DNA of 64,000 nucleotides from a virus. Both the position numbers and the translations under genes were made by a program. The notes beneath the pieces were generated by a model that searched no databases, was not told where the DNA came from, and was given only the letters and a program-made list of their open reading frames with translations. Location of the stretch: positions 79,337 to 143,336 of IMG/VR virus record IMGVR_UViG_3300017917_003893; one strand, given 5' to 3'. The number at the start of each line of letters is the position of its first letter. Within the stretch, counting starts at the first letter, position 1. Positions 40,106-49,766 of this stretch are shown here, piece after piece.

Positions 40106-41845
40106 ATGAAAAATTTCAAAGATTTTATAAAAGAAGAAGTAGATTTAAGAGGAAGTAAAGGTATTCCTTCTGATTTTATTTCTAAAGCAGACCAAGAAGC
40201 AAGAGCATCTTTAGGTATTAGACCTGATGATGAATCACAAATGATGAGAATTTGGCCTGAGTTTGAAAGAAACATGAGAGAATCTAGTCAGTTATTAACA
40301 ACTGGTCCTAATGGTCAAAGACTACCTCAAAATGAAGTTAAAGAAAGAGTTGAAAAACTTGAAAAACTAGCTGAGAAAGTAGTTAGAGATCAATTTGATG
40401 AAATATTAGATACTGCTGTTAAGCCAATTGAGTTAAAGATTAAATTAGTTCCTATGGGTGAGGTTTCTTCAGAGATATCTGATATTACAAAAGTCCCTAA
40501 ACAAGCTAAACAGCCTACTGAAGAACAACAAGAAGAACAAGACGAGAAAGACGAAGAAAATAGAAAAAAAGAACAAGAAGAACAATCTGAAGAAGAAAAA
40601 AGACAACAGGCAGAAGAAGGTGAAGAAACACCGGGTACTGACTTAGTTGCTGCTGTTGATAAGAAGAAAATTCTTAATATGATAACTCAAGCTGCTGGTA
40701 AATCTACTAAAGATATTATCAGAGCCTCTGATATTGTTGATGAGGGATTACAAGAAATATTTGGTGATTCTGCTAGAAGAATTTTAGATTGTTGGGTTAG
40801 AATGTCTGACTTAGCTGATAAAATGGACTGGGTTATTCCAATTGGTAGAAAATCACAAATGATGAAAGATATGCCAGGCGGTATGGCGGGTGCTGTACAA
40901 CTTAAATGGGAAAGTCATTCAGGTAATTTTTATGATATGAAACTTCTTTTAGAAAAAGAAGCTACTAAAATTGTTATTCACGCTACTGGTGTTGATTTTC
41001 CTATGTTAATACATGAAACAATTAAAGGTATTTATCTTTTCTTACAATCTGGTGCTATCAAAAAAGATAAGGAAACAGCTAAAATTGTAAAAGCAGCAAC
41101 TTCTTCATTTGAAGATGAGGCTCAAGATTTTAGATATGGTCCTCCAGCTTTACAAATGTTACTAAACTTTGTTAATATGTTCCCTGAATCTAATCAATAT
41201 AAAAGACTTGATACTAGAGTATTTACAATTTTAGCGGTTGATAAAGAAAGAGCTATGGCTGAAGCTAAGAATGCTAGTGAAGAACATAAAGAATTCTTAG
41301 AAAAGAAAGCAAATGTAGCAAGAACAGATGAACAATTTTTAGAAATTATGAAAAGTTTATTTTCTGTATTTGATCTTCAAGGCTCTAACTATGTTGTTAA
41401 TGAAGAAAGATTCAATACATCTTTAGCTAAAAGAGAAATCAAAAAGATTATTGATTATATAGTTGAGGATATTGAAGAATATAAGAGAGAAATTGAAGAG
41501 TGGGAACAAGAACAAAGAGAAAGAGAAGAAGAGTCTAAATATCGTCAAGAATATAATGATGATGAAGGTACAATTGAACCTGGTCAAGAAGAAGAATCTG
41601 AAATAGACGCTTTAATTAAACAAACTTTATATGGTCAAGAAGATGAAACTCCAACATCTAATGAAATTGATTATTCTGAATTAACTCAAAGAGAGTTACA
41701 AGAGTTAATCGATGATGCTTTAGATGCTGGTGATTATGAAAGAGTTAAAATGCTAGCTCAGTACATGAAAGAAGGTAAAGAAGTTTATATGAAAGAACTT
41801 GAGAGAATAAATGAATCTCATAGTTTTCATACAAGAAGAAAATAA
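40106..41845 (+). CDS. Large acidic putative virion protein with C-terminal IDEAL-like module
   Basis: MKNFKDFIKEE; MLIHETIKG; LIDDALDAGDYERVK. Confidence 0.65.
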   Translation: MKNFKDFIKEEVDLRGSKGIPSDFISKADQEARASLGIRPDDESQMMRIWPEFERNMRESSQLLTTGPNGQRLPQNEVKERVEKLEKLAEKVVRDQFDEILDTAVKPIELKIKLVPMGEVSSEISDITKVPKQAKQPTEEQQEEQDEKDEENRKKEQEEQSEEEKRQQAEEGEETPGTDLVAAVDKKKILNMITQAAGKSTKDIIRASDIVDEGLQEIFGDSARRILDCWVRMSDLADKMDWVIPIGRKSQMMKDMPGGMAGAVQLKWESHSGNFYDMKLLLEKEATKIVIHATGVDFPMLIHETIKGIYLFLQSGAIKKDKETAKIVKAATSSFEDEAQDFRYGPPALQMLLNFVNMFPESNQYKRLDTRVFTILAVDKERAMAEAKNASEEHKEFLEKKANVARTDEQFLEIMKSLFSVFDLQGSNYVVNEERFNTSLAKREIKKIIDYIVEDIEEYKREIEEWEQEQREREEESKYRQEYNDDEGTIEPGQEEESEIDALIKQTLYGQEDETPTSNEIDYSELTQRELQELIDDALDAGDYERVKMLAQYMKEGKEVYMKELERINESHSFHTRRK

Positions 41846-41854
41846 TTAATAAAA

Positions 41855-43807
41855 ATGAAGTTATTTAAGTACAACCAATTTTTAGGTGAGAATCCAATAA
41901 ATGAAAACCTTGATAAGGCAAAAAAATACATGAAAGAAAGATACCTTTTAAATAAGGTTGCTAATGATTTAGGTTTTGTTCAAGGTGAGTTAAAAGCTCA
42001 GATGGATCACAAAGAGAAAAGAAGTTTAACTTTAGGTGATTTTACGCCTGAACAACAAGAACAGATAAAACAAGGTTTAAGAACTATTAAGTTAACTGAC
42101 CAAGAGGTTAGAAATATTGAAAGAGAACCCGATTTCTTAAAAATAAGAGAACTTTTGGGTCAACAATATATTGGTTGGACTTTTCCGTTTACTTATTTTT
42201 ATTTTGTTGAGATGGTATCATTGGATGAGTTATTCAATAATGAGGGTTCTATATTAAATAAACTTATAGAATATAGAGGTCTTTTGGATAAATTACCTAA
42301 GAAATTTGACCAAAACTTTATTGATCCTAATATTCCAAATAATGCTGAGGTTTTAGTTGATGGTTTAGATTCACTTGAAGATTATAGAAAAGTTAAGAAA
42401 GTTTTTGATAAATTAACTCCTGTATTGAAAAAAGATTATAATGATTCACCTGAAGTTATTAAACAACAATTTGCTGAAGTTGCTCGTGGCTTTGACCAAT
42501 TAGGTGGTGAAGATGAAGCAAAGAAAGAAAAACTTTGGAAATCATTCTTTGGTGAAGTTAGAACAATTGATGCGGATCAAGTAATACATGGTAAAGCTTA
42601 TAAAAGAGGTGATAAAAGATATTTTGGTCCACTTAACAGATACACTAACATTAGAGAGTTTATCAAGGCTGGTCAAAACTACTTAAAATCTTCTGAGAAC
42701 GAATCTATTATTGCTTTTTATGATAAGATTAATAACTGTAATGATAAATATGGTACACAAGGTGCTGATACGGTATTTGAAGAAAATGGTATATTGATTA
42801 TTGAAGTTAAATCATTCCAAGCTAACCAATACTTAAATGGACACACAAGACACTGTATTAAAGATTATTCATCTCAGTGGGAAAACTATGTTGCTAGTCA
42901 TGATAATAAACAATATTATATCTATAACTTTAACATACCACAATATGACAATAAGTCAACAATTGGTATTACTATTGAGCCTGGTCAGAGAATTAGAGCT
43001 TGTCACTTAAAAGATGATGCTGGATATTCTAGCAACATTAAATCTCTTTTATCTAGTTGGGAAAAAGAATATGGTATTAAAGAAGATCTTTTTGCTCAAC
43101 TTAAACCAATGACTAGTGAAGAAGTTGAGAAAAGAAGAAGAGCTAAAGTGGCAGAAAGAGAAATTGTTAAAAAAGGTCTTACGATTGATCAAATTAACAA
43201 GTATGTTAAAGAAGATGGTGCTAATATCAATAAAGATAATTGCGTTGCTCTTTTACATGCTGTTGAAGAAGATGATCTTGAAAAGGCAAAAGTTATTCTT
43301 GGTTTAGGTGGTTCACCAAACTTGAGAAGTAAATCTGATGCTATTATTAATAAAGCTCAGTCACTTGATATGATTAAAATATTGGTATCTAATGGTTCTG
43401 AATTGACTGGAGAAGTATTCAATAATATTTGTAATGATTTAGATGCGGTTGAATACTGTTTGAAACAAGGATTAGATCCTAACTTTGATAATTCACTTCC
43501 TTTTAGAAGAAGTTGTAAAGGTTCTTGGAAAACTAAAGATGATATTGGAGAAGGATATTTTGACGTAATGAAGTTGTTAGTTAAGTATGGTGCTAAATTA
43601 ACAGACGATAATGGTAGAAATATGCAACTTAAATGGGCAGCAGAGTACGGTAGATTGGACTTTATTGACTATATGATAGAGAAAGGTGTTAAGACAGGAT
43701 TCAAGGCGGCTCTTTCTTGGTTAAATCACAGTAGAAAAATTCCAGATACTAAGAAACAAGAAGTTGTTGCTTATTTAAATGATAAAGTTAAACAATATGA
43801 ATCATAA
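41855..43807 (+). CDS. Ankyrin-repeat protein
   Basis: C-terminal ankyrin-like repeats (ALLHAVEE...GGSPN, LKWAAEYGRLD). Confidence 0.7.
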   Translation: MKLFKYNQFLGENPINENLDKAKKYMKERYLLNKVANDLGFVQGELKAQMDHKEKRSLTLGDFTPEQQEQIKQGLRTIKLTDQEVRNIEREPDFLKIRELLGQQYIGWTFPFTYFYFVEMVSLDELFNNEGSILNKLIEYRGLLDKLPKKFDQNFIDPNIPNNAEVLVDGLDSLEDYRKVKKVFDKLTPVLKKDYNDSPEVIKQQFAEVARGFDQLGGEDEAKKEKLWKSFFGEVRTIDADQVIHGKAYKRGDKRYFGPLNRYTNIREFIKAGQNYLKSSENESIIAFYDKINNCNDKYGTQGADTVFEENGILIIEVKSFQANQYLNGHTRHCIKDYSSQWENYVASHDNKQYYIYNFNIPQYDNKSTIGITIEPGQRIRACHLKDDAGYSSNIKSLLSSWEKEYGIKEDLFAQLKPMTSEEVEKRRRAKVAEREIVKKGLTIDQINKYVKEDGANINKDNCVALLHAVEEDDLEKAKVILGLGGSPNLRSKSDAIINKAQSLDMIKILVSNGSELTGEVFNNICNDLDAVEYCLKQGLDPNFDNSLPFRRSCKGSWKTKDDIGEGYFDVMKLLVKYGAKLTDDNGRNMQLKWAAEYGRLDFIDYMIEKGVKTGFKAALSWLNHSRKIPDTKKQEVVAYLNDKVKQYES

Positions 43808-43820
43808 AAATATTAAAAAT

Positions 43821-44165
43821 ATGAAATACATTAATTTATTTGAAGAGTTTCAAGAAGGACCAATGCAAAAACCAAAAAGTTTTTTTAGTAAAATTGTTAA
43901 AGGTGCTAAAGATGTAATGGGTGTGGAAAATAAAGAGGATAGAAAATCACTAGAATCTTTACATAAAACCATTTCTGATATGCCTAGTTTTGTGAAAAAT
44001 GTCAGAGAGATTAAACCAGGTGTTATTGTTGCTTGGATTCTTGACAATTCTATTACTGTTGATAAGAATACTCCAGAGATTATCTACAAAGGTAAAACAC
44101 TTGATTTGCATAATACAACTAGTGAAGCTGAGTATCTTTATAATAAATTAATTAATAGACTTTAA
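43821..44165 (+). CDS. Hypothetical protein
   Basis: MKYINLFEEF from ATG 43821. Confidence 0.6.
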   Translation: MKYINLFEEFQEGPMQKPKSFFSKIVKGAKDVMGVENKEDRKSLESLHKTISDMPSFVKNVREIKPGVIVAWILDNSITVDKNTPEIIYKGKTLDLHNTTSEAEYLYNKLINRL

Positions 44166-44891
44166 TTATTTACCAAGAATTTGATAAATTAAATAGGCAT
44201 CATCAACATCTTCATAGGGTTTGGGAGTTGTACTTACTGAAAGTACTTCATCTTTTACAGATTTACAGTGCTTAGACCAAAAGTCATCTAATTTTTCATT
44301 TTCGACAATAGCTCTAAACATATCTGGTTTTTGAAACTTACCACCAGGTATTCCTAGTTTGTTTCTATATTCTTCAACTATCTTAATCTTTTTGATTCCG
44401 GTTTCCTTTCTAATTGGTTCGTAACTAAACTTACAAGCTTCTAATTTAAGAGTTGATGGAGACATTACCCATATATTTTCAGATACTTTATCAAATAGTT
44501 TTTTTCTTAAAAGTGTTGAGAAAGTTACCAGGTCAATAAGGTCACCTACTTGAGCACCAAAGTTATAACCTTCAATTCCTATTTTAGTTTCTTTTGTTGG
44601 ATCAATGTTCAAAAGAATATCATCTATTATTTGGTCTGTAATTGCGTCATAATCTTTTAGCTTAGTTAACTCGCCTTCTGAGTAATCTTCAAATTCTCTA
44701 TATTCAATGAATTTGTAAGTTACATATTGTTCAGCGGATTTGAACCACTTAGTTATTCCTTTTTTGCCAAATACTTTGGATTCTCTACAATAGTTGTAGA
44801 TTTTAAAACTATCACCAGAACTTACTACAAGTGCTGTTGATATTAATGATGGATCAATTGCTACTATATTCATAATTCTATATAGTAACAA
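44166..44891 (-). CDS. RuvC-like Holliday junction resolvase / RNase H-fold nuclease
   Basis: VAIDPSLISTA, IGIEGY, DVDDAY. Confidence 0.75.
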   Translation of the reverse strand: MLLYRIMNIVAIDPSLISTALVVSSGDSFKIYNYCRESKVFGKKGITKWFKSAEQYVTYKFIEYREFEDYSEGELTKLKDYDAITDQIIDDILLNIDPTKETKIGIEGYNFGAQVGDLIDLVTFSTLLRKKLFDKVSENIWVMSPSTLKLEACKFSYEPIRKETGIKKIKIVEEYRNKLGIPGGKFQKPDMFRAIVENEKLDDFWSKHCKSVKDEVLSVSTTPKPYEDVDDAYLIYQILGK

Positions 44892-44898
44892 TTCATGT

Positions 44899-45300
44899 CT
44901 ACCACCTCTTAGTTGTGTCTTTTGGAGTGTGTCCTATTTTAGATATTACTAATTCGTAGTATGCGTCAGTTTGTCCAAAGTCTGATGCATATACATATAA
45001 GTTAAATTCTTTAAGATGTTCATTTACATCATTAATCAATTCAAATATCTTTGGTTCAACATAATGTAAAACGGGCATATCACTTGGAAAATCTATGCCT
45101 TTTTCCATAAATTCAATAATAAAACAATTATCATCTTTTTCAATTAAAGATGATTGTAAAGAGTCTTCTACATAATAATCTAAATTAGGAAACTCATCAG
45201 TGATATGATAAAGTATCTCAGTTAAATCTTGATATGATATACCAAAATCATTTTGTAGAGAGAATCTTTCTGTTATAAATTGATTGTATTTTTTAATCAT
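44899..45300 (-). CDS. Hypothetical protein (start 45300, MIKKYNQFITE)
   Basis: N-terminal motif; TAATG coupling with upstream mini-ORF. Confidence 0.6.
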   Translation of the reverse strand: MIKKYNQFITERFSLQNDFGISYQDLTEILYHITDEFPNLDYYVEDSLQSSLIEKDDNCFIIEFMEKGIDFPSDMPVLHYVEPKIFELINDVNEHLKEFNLYVYASDFGQTDAYYELVISKIGHTPKDTTKRW

Positions 45301-45410
45301 TACATCATTCTTAATGTTTGTATAAATGCTACTTTTATTCTTATCCAAGCTCTTTTCTTCCAAGGTAAAGATTTGAATTCTTCTGTTAAAAAAATATCTT
45401 CTAGTTCCAT
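45300..45410 (-). CDS. Small protein (36 aa, not in ORF track)
   Basis: MELEDIFLTEEFKSLPWKKRAWIRIKVAFIQTLRMM; 6 nt after TAATATATA; TAATG overlap. Confidence 0.5.
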   Translation of the reverse strand: MELEDIFLTEEFKSLPWKKRAWIRIKVAFIQTLRMM

Positions 45411-45477
45411 AATTTCTATATATTAATTTTGACATTATAAGTATTTTCCTTATTTTTGTATAAATAATCACTACAAA

Positions 45478-45930
45478 ATGGAAGGTCGTAAGTTAAAAAA
45501 TTCAGATGCTCTTAAATTTATGTTTGCTGGTAAATCTATTTTTACTTTTGTAAACACACAATCTGGTAATCGTTTTACTTTTAAAATTAAAGCCGCAAAG
45601 GATTCTAATTTATTCTTTGTTAGTGTATTAACTAATCCTGATACTTATACTTATATTGGTACTTGTATTGAAGGTAACTTCAAACATGGTCGTAAATCAA
45701 GTGTTTCTCAAGACGCTCAATCAGTAAAAGTATTTCAATATGTTTTGGCTAAATTAAAACTAGGTACTTTACCTGATTTTATTGAAGTTTGGCACGAGGG
45801 TCACTGCGGTAAATGTGGAAGACGTTTAACAGTTCCTTCTTCTATTGAAAATGGCTTGGGTCCTGAGTGTATTAAAACTTTGTCTAAGTCAGAAAAGCGT
45901 GATAAATTTTTAGAACTAATATTAGCATAA
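45478..45930 (+). CDS. DUF6011-like Zn-ribbon protein with C-terminal RDKFLELILA tag
   Basis: CGKCGRRLTVPSSIENGLGPEC. Confidence 0.75.
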   Translation: MEGRKLKNSDALKFMFAGKSIFTFVNTQSGNRFTFKIKAAKDSNLFFVSVLTNPDTYTYIGTCIEGNFKHGRKSSVSQDAQSVKVFQYVLAKLKLGTLPDFIEVWHEGHCGKCGRRLTVPSSIENGLGPECIKTLSKSEKRDKFLELILA

Positions 45931-46412
45931 TGCAATCGATAGTCAGTATTTTATTTTCCTTATTACCATTTATTTTTATCTCATATTACTTTTTTAATGT
46001 GAGAAAGACAAAGTATATTTCACTTGACTTAAAAACTGGACAAAGATGTTATTCTTGTAAAGACAAAATAGAAATAGACCAAGTTGATTTACTTGATATA
46101 CTTTTAAAAGAAAAAAAGAACTATCGTCTTTGTCATGCTTGTCAACGTGAAGAAAAGCTCGATGGCTTAATTAATAAAAATAAATCGTCTATCTTACATA
46201 AGTTTAATCTTAAACTTATCGATGAAAGATTTGATAAGACATCAAAAATTTTATTAACCTCTATTGTTTTCTTATTAATTGTAGATCTTACATTAAAGAT
46301 TGTATTTGGTATTAAGTGGTTTTCATATTGTTATAATATATTTTTGGCACTTTATTGGTGTTTTATGATTTATAGACACAAGTTAATATCAATAAAAAAA
46401 CCCTCAGAATAA
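45930..46412 (+). CDS. Membrane protein with CxxC...CxxC motif
   Basis: 3 TM segments; CYSC, CHAC; internal REEKLDGLI. Confidence 0.65.
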   Translation: MQSIVSILFSLLPFIFISYYFFNVRKTKYISLDLKTGQRCYSCKDKIEIDQVDLLDILLKEKKNYRLCHACQREEKLDGLINKNKSSILHKFNLKLIDERFDKTSKILLTSIVFLLIVDLTLKIVFGIKWFSYCYNIFLALYWCFMIYRHKLISIKKPSE

Positions 46413-46425
46413 TCTGAGGGTTTTT
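46394..46425. terminator. Bidirectional intrinsic terminator
   Basis: aaaaccctcaga-ataa-tctgagggtttt. Confidence 0.8.
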
Positions 46426-46464
46426 AGGGCCGACCGGATTCGAAACCGTTCAGTATCCACCACC

Positions 46465-46683
46465 TTATTTTTCTAAACAAGGAAACTTATTATTTTCGAT
46501 ATAACTAATTATACCTCTAATAAATAATTCTTTTATTACAGATTCACAAGTATATGTTTTATCTGAATAAAATTCAATGTTATTTCTAACATTGTCCATT
46601 CCAACTTTATATAAGATATCCATTGGAAAGTTTTTAATTTCTACATTTCTTTCTAATAGTAATTCTCTTATCATGTGTTTCAT
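46465..46683 (-). CDS. Hypothetical protein
   Basis: 72-aa ORF in the uvsX operon. Confidence 0.55.
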   Translation of the reverse strand: MKHMIRELLLERNVEIKNFPMDILYKVGMDNVRNNIEFYSDKTYTCESVIKELFIRGIISYIENNKFPCLEK

Positions 46684-46704
46684 TGGAATGTTTTATTTTT
46701 TTAA

Positions 46705-46881
46705 TTATTTACCAGCTTTACCTTCTTCAGTAGATGCTGCTCTATATGGAGTAACTAATTTCTTAATCTCACCTAAAGCTTTTCTTGCTCTTGAGTCTGA
46801 TACTTTACTTGTAGCTTTGTGATTAGCTTCAAATTCAGCCCAAAGTTTTGCTAGTTGTTCAAAAATTTCATTCTTGTTCAT
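46705..46881 (-). CDS. Histone H1-like (Hc1 family) nucleoid protein (58 aa, not in ORF track)
   Basis: MNKNEIFEQLAKLWAEFEANHKATSKVSDSRARKALGEIKKLVTPYRAASTEEGKAGK; RARKA...R..S motif. Confidence 0.7.
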   Translation of the reverse strand: MNKNEIFEQLAKLWAEFEANHKATSKVSDSRARKALGEIKKLVTPYRAASTEEGKAGK

Positions 46882-46929
46882 TTTATTTTATTTTATTTTT
46901 GTAATCCCTTAGTATTAAAGGGATTTATT

Positions 46930-48156
46930 TTATCCGAAAATATCATCAGCATCAGATGCATCAGTGAATCCATTAGAGTCGTCATCATCACCTATCATTT
47001 CATTAAACTGGCTTTCTACTTTATCCATCTCGTCAATTGACTTAAATCTAAAGTAATCATTTACAATTGGAGCCATCTTATCAAGAACTTCTTTTGTAAA
47101 GATATCAGAGTTAAATAATTGTTTAGTTGTAAAAGACTTATCTAAATGTCTTACATACCAACGATTACCACCTGGTGTAAAAGTCATTTCTCCTGTTTTC
47201 TTATCAACATCCATTTTACCTTGAGCAATACCAATTTGTTCAAAGAACTCAGGACGACAGAAAGCATCTAATCCTGTATATGGATTAAGACCATTTAAGA
47301 AAGATATATCAAATCTAATTTTCTTAGGCTTAGCTAAACGGTTCTTTTGAGTTTTGAAAAGAACTGAGATACCAGATTGACCTAAGTCCATATCATCTTC
47401 TTCACCAGTTTTTAATTTTGACTTTGAAAGGAATCCTAAAACTGAAGCAGAGTAAACAAGACCCATACCACCTTTAGAGATTTCTTTAGGAAATAAATCT
47501 TGAGTTAAATAAGTGTGGTTACAACAAACCATAGGAATATCAAGATAACCTAAGTCAGAACTAATACTTCTGAAAAGAGCATTTAACTGTTTAGCTCTTG
47601 TCATATCTTGTTTGATATCACCTTTTAATAAGTCAGCTTTCTCCTTATTAGATGACATCATACCGATTGAGTCAAGTACTACTAAGATTTTTGGAATTTC
47701 ATATCCACCCATTTTAGCTTCTTTTAACTCATCTAATAATTGAGTTAAAGAGATGTTAATATCTTCAACTTTGTTAGATCTAATTAATCTAAATTTATTT
47801 GGATCATTATCAATACCCATTTTAGTAATACCTTCTAAGTCAATTGAGTTTTCAGTGTCAATGTAGATAACTGAATAACCATCTTTTTGAGCTGATTTAC
47901 ATATTGAGTAAGCAATAAATGATTTACCTGCTCCTGATTCACCTAATAGACCAAAAATACGACCTGCTAAGATACCACCACCTACTAATTTAGCTGATAA
48001 GGCAGCATCAAGTAAGTAAACACCTGTTGAGATGTAACTTCTTTCTTTAATTTCTTTTTCGATTTGAATTGGAACTGACTTTGCTATGTTGTCCAAAATA
48101 GTTCCTACTTTACTGAATTCAAACTTCTTTGTTTCTTTTCCTGTTGTCTTTGCCAT
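46930..48156 (-). CDS. uvsX: RecA-like recombinase UvsX
   Basis: GESGAGKS, YIDTE, VLDSIG, DMTRAK, NHTY, GGMG. Confidence 0.9.
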   Translation of the reverse strand: MAKTTGKETKKFEFSKVGTILDNIAKSVPIQIEKEIKERSYISTGVYLLDAALSAKLVGGGILAGRIFGLLGESGAGKSFIAYSICKSAQKDGYSVIYIDTENSIDLEGITKMGIDNDPNKFRLIRSNKVEDINISLTQLLDELKEAKMGGYEIPKILVVLDSIGMMSSNKEKADLLKGDIKQDMTRAKQLNALFRSISSDLGYLDIPMVCCNHTYLTQDLFPKEISKGGMGLVYSASVLGFLSKSKLKTGEEDDMDLGQSGISVLFKTQKNRLAKPKKIRFDISFLNGLNPYTGLDAFCRPEFFEQIGIAQGKMDVDKKTGEMTFTPGGNRWYVRHLDKSFTTKQLFNSDIFTKEVLDKMAPIVNDYFRFKSIDEMDKVESQFNEMIGDDDDSNGFTDASDADDIFG

Positions 48157-48262
48157 TTTATTAATTTTTATTTTATAATTTATATATTAAGAAACTTACT
48201 CCCCCTTTCAAAAAAAATTAAAATAATTTTGAAAGGGGGTTAGGATTTTTTATATATACTTT

Positions 48263-48958
48263 ATGACAAGGTTCGAATTTTTAGAAAAAGCCAGGAATAT
48301 ACACGCTTATAAATACAATTATTTAAATTTATCAAATAAGGTTACACTTAATGATAGAATTGAGATTGAGTACAAAGGTGAGATTTACAGACAATCTGTT
48401 TCTAAACATTTAATGGGTAGATGTCCAGAAAAAACTACTAAGAAAAAAACAACTGAAGAGTTTATATCGGAATCTAAAAATATTTGGGGAGATAAATATG
48501 ACTACTCAATTACTGAGTATACTGGTGCTTTGAATAATATTCAAGTTATTTATAATGGAATTATTTATGAACAAAGAGCTAGTTCTCATTTATTAGGACT
48601 AGCTCCAGAGTTTAGAAGTAACGAAGATAGTTTATTGAGAGATAGGATATATCAGTCTGACTATAATGGTATTAAAGAAATAAAAGAATTTTTAAATAAA
48701 TATAAAATTGAATTTATTGAAAACAAAAATCTAGATAATATTATATTTCAATTCTATCTACCTGATGTTAGATATGTAGTAGAGTTTTTTAGTAAAGACC
48801 ATTACTTAATTAGTGAATTAGATAAATTAAAAGAAGAATACTGTGAGGATAATTATATTAATTTAGTCAAAATTAAATACGACCAATTTGATGATATTTA
48901 TCAAATTTTATGGGAGAGCTTAAAGAACATAATAGTTCTTAACAATAAAATCAACTAA
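48263..48958 (+). CDS. DUF723-repeat protein with degenerate very-short-patch-type endonuclease domain
   Basis: Two EFxxxxxxxxxxKYxY...HLxG repeats; FQFYLP/VEF resemble DFYLP/IEYDG. Confidence 0.6.
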   Translation: MTRFEFLEKARNIHAYKYNYLNLSNKVTLNDRIEIEYKGEIYRQSVSKHLMGRCPEKTTKKKTTEEFISESKNIWGDKYDYSITEYTGALNNIQVIYNGIIYEQRASSHLLGLAPEFRSNEDSLLRDRIYQSDYNGIKEIKEFLNKYKIEFIENKNLDNIIFQFYLPDVRYVVEFFSKDHYLISELDKLKEEYCEDNYINLVKIKYDQFDDIYQILWESLKNIIVLNNKIN

Positions 48959-49540
48959 AGTATCGCAGAATTTTTGAATGCCTGCTTTCATATCATCTGT
49001 GAATTCAAATGATTCTTTAAGATATTGTGATAAAAATTTAACTCTATCAAAATCTCTAACATCAAGTGCTTGGTCAATTAAATCATTAATTTCATATTTA
49101 GACATATCTTCGTAATTAACTTCTTTAGCTTTTTTCCATTCTTCACCTTCTGATTCTCTTGCTTTCTTTATAGCTTCTAAAAACTCAACTAAGAAGTTAA
49201 TAGACTTATCAACACCATCTTTGAATGATTTTTCAATGAATATAGATCTTGCTGATTTTAGAGCTTTATCAAATTCTCTAAGAATTATATCTTTGAATTC
49301 TTCATCTAAGTCTTGATTAGCATTTACAGAAGCCACAAACATATTAAATAAAATTTTAATTAATTCATCAGTTCCACTTTCTAATTCTTTAGTATCACCA
49401 GCTATTCTTACTATTTTTTCCATCATGAATATAGGATTCAACATAGTATATAATGACTTTTTTAGTTCTTCAACATTTTGTTTGAATTCATTGTCATCCT
49501 TTAGACTTTCTAAAAATAGTTTGTATTTTTTAATTTTCAT
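48920..49540 (-). CDS. Hypothetical protein with IDEAL-like module
   Basis: MKIKKYKLFLES; LIDQALDVRDFDRVK. Confidence 0.65.
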   Translation of the reverse strand: MKIKKYKLFLESLKDDNEFKQNVEELKKSLYTMLNPIFMMEKIVRIAGDTKELESGTDELIKILFNMFVASVNANQDLDEEFKDIILREFDKALKSARSIFIEKSFKDGVDKSINFLVEFLEAIKKARESEGEEWKKAKEVNYEDMSKYEINDLIDQALDVRDFDRVKFLSQYLKESFEFTDDMKAGIQKFCDTLVDFIVKNYYVL

Positions 49541-49541
49541 A

Positions 49542-49766
49542 TTATTCTTCTGATTTTCCTGGTACCTCTAGGTATTGGTCTAAAACCTCTTTAGTTTGAA
49601 TATCTGATTCATCGTATTTAACCTCATTATCATAAAGACTTACTTTCTTATCAGAAATAAGTTTTTGTAAAAGAGGCTCTTGGTTAAATAAACCTACTTC
49701 TTCATCATTAAGTTTTATAGTCTTGTTATGTGATTCCTTAATGAAATCTGCGTATTTCTTTATCAT
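49542..49766 (-). CDS. Small putative internal virion protein
   Basis: MIKKYADFIKES. Confidence 0.6.
   Translation of the reverse strand: MIKKYADFIKESHNKTIKLNDEEVGLFNQEPLLQKLISDKKVSLYDNEVKYDESDIQTKEVLDQYLEVPGKSEE

Noticed and set aside
46427-46464. tRNA gene
   Set aside because: Only a T-loop-like hairpin; no acceptor, D or anticodon arms
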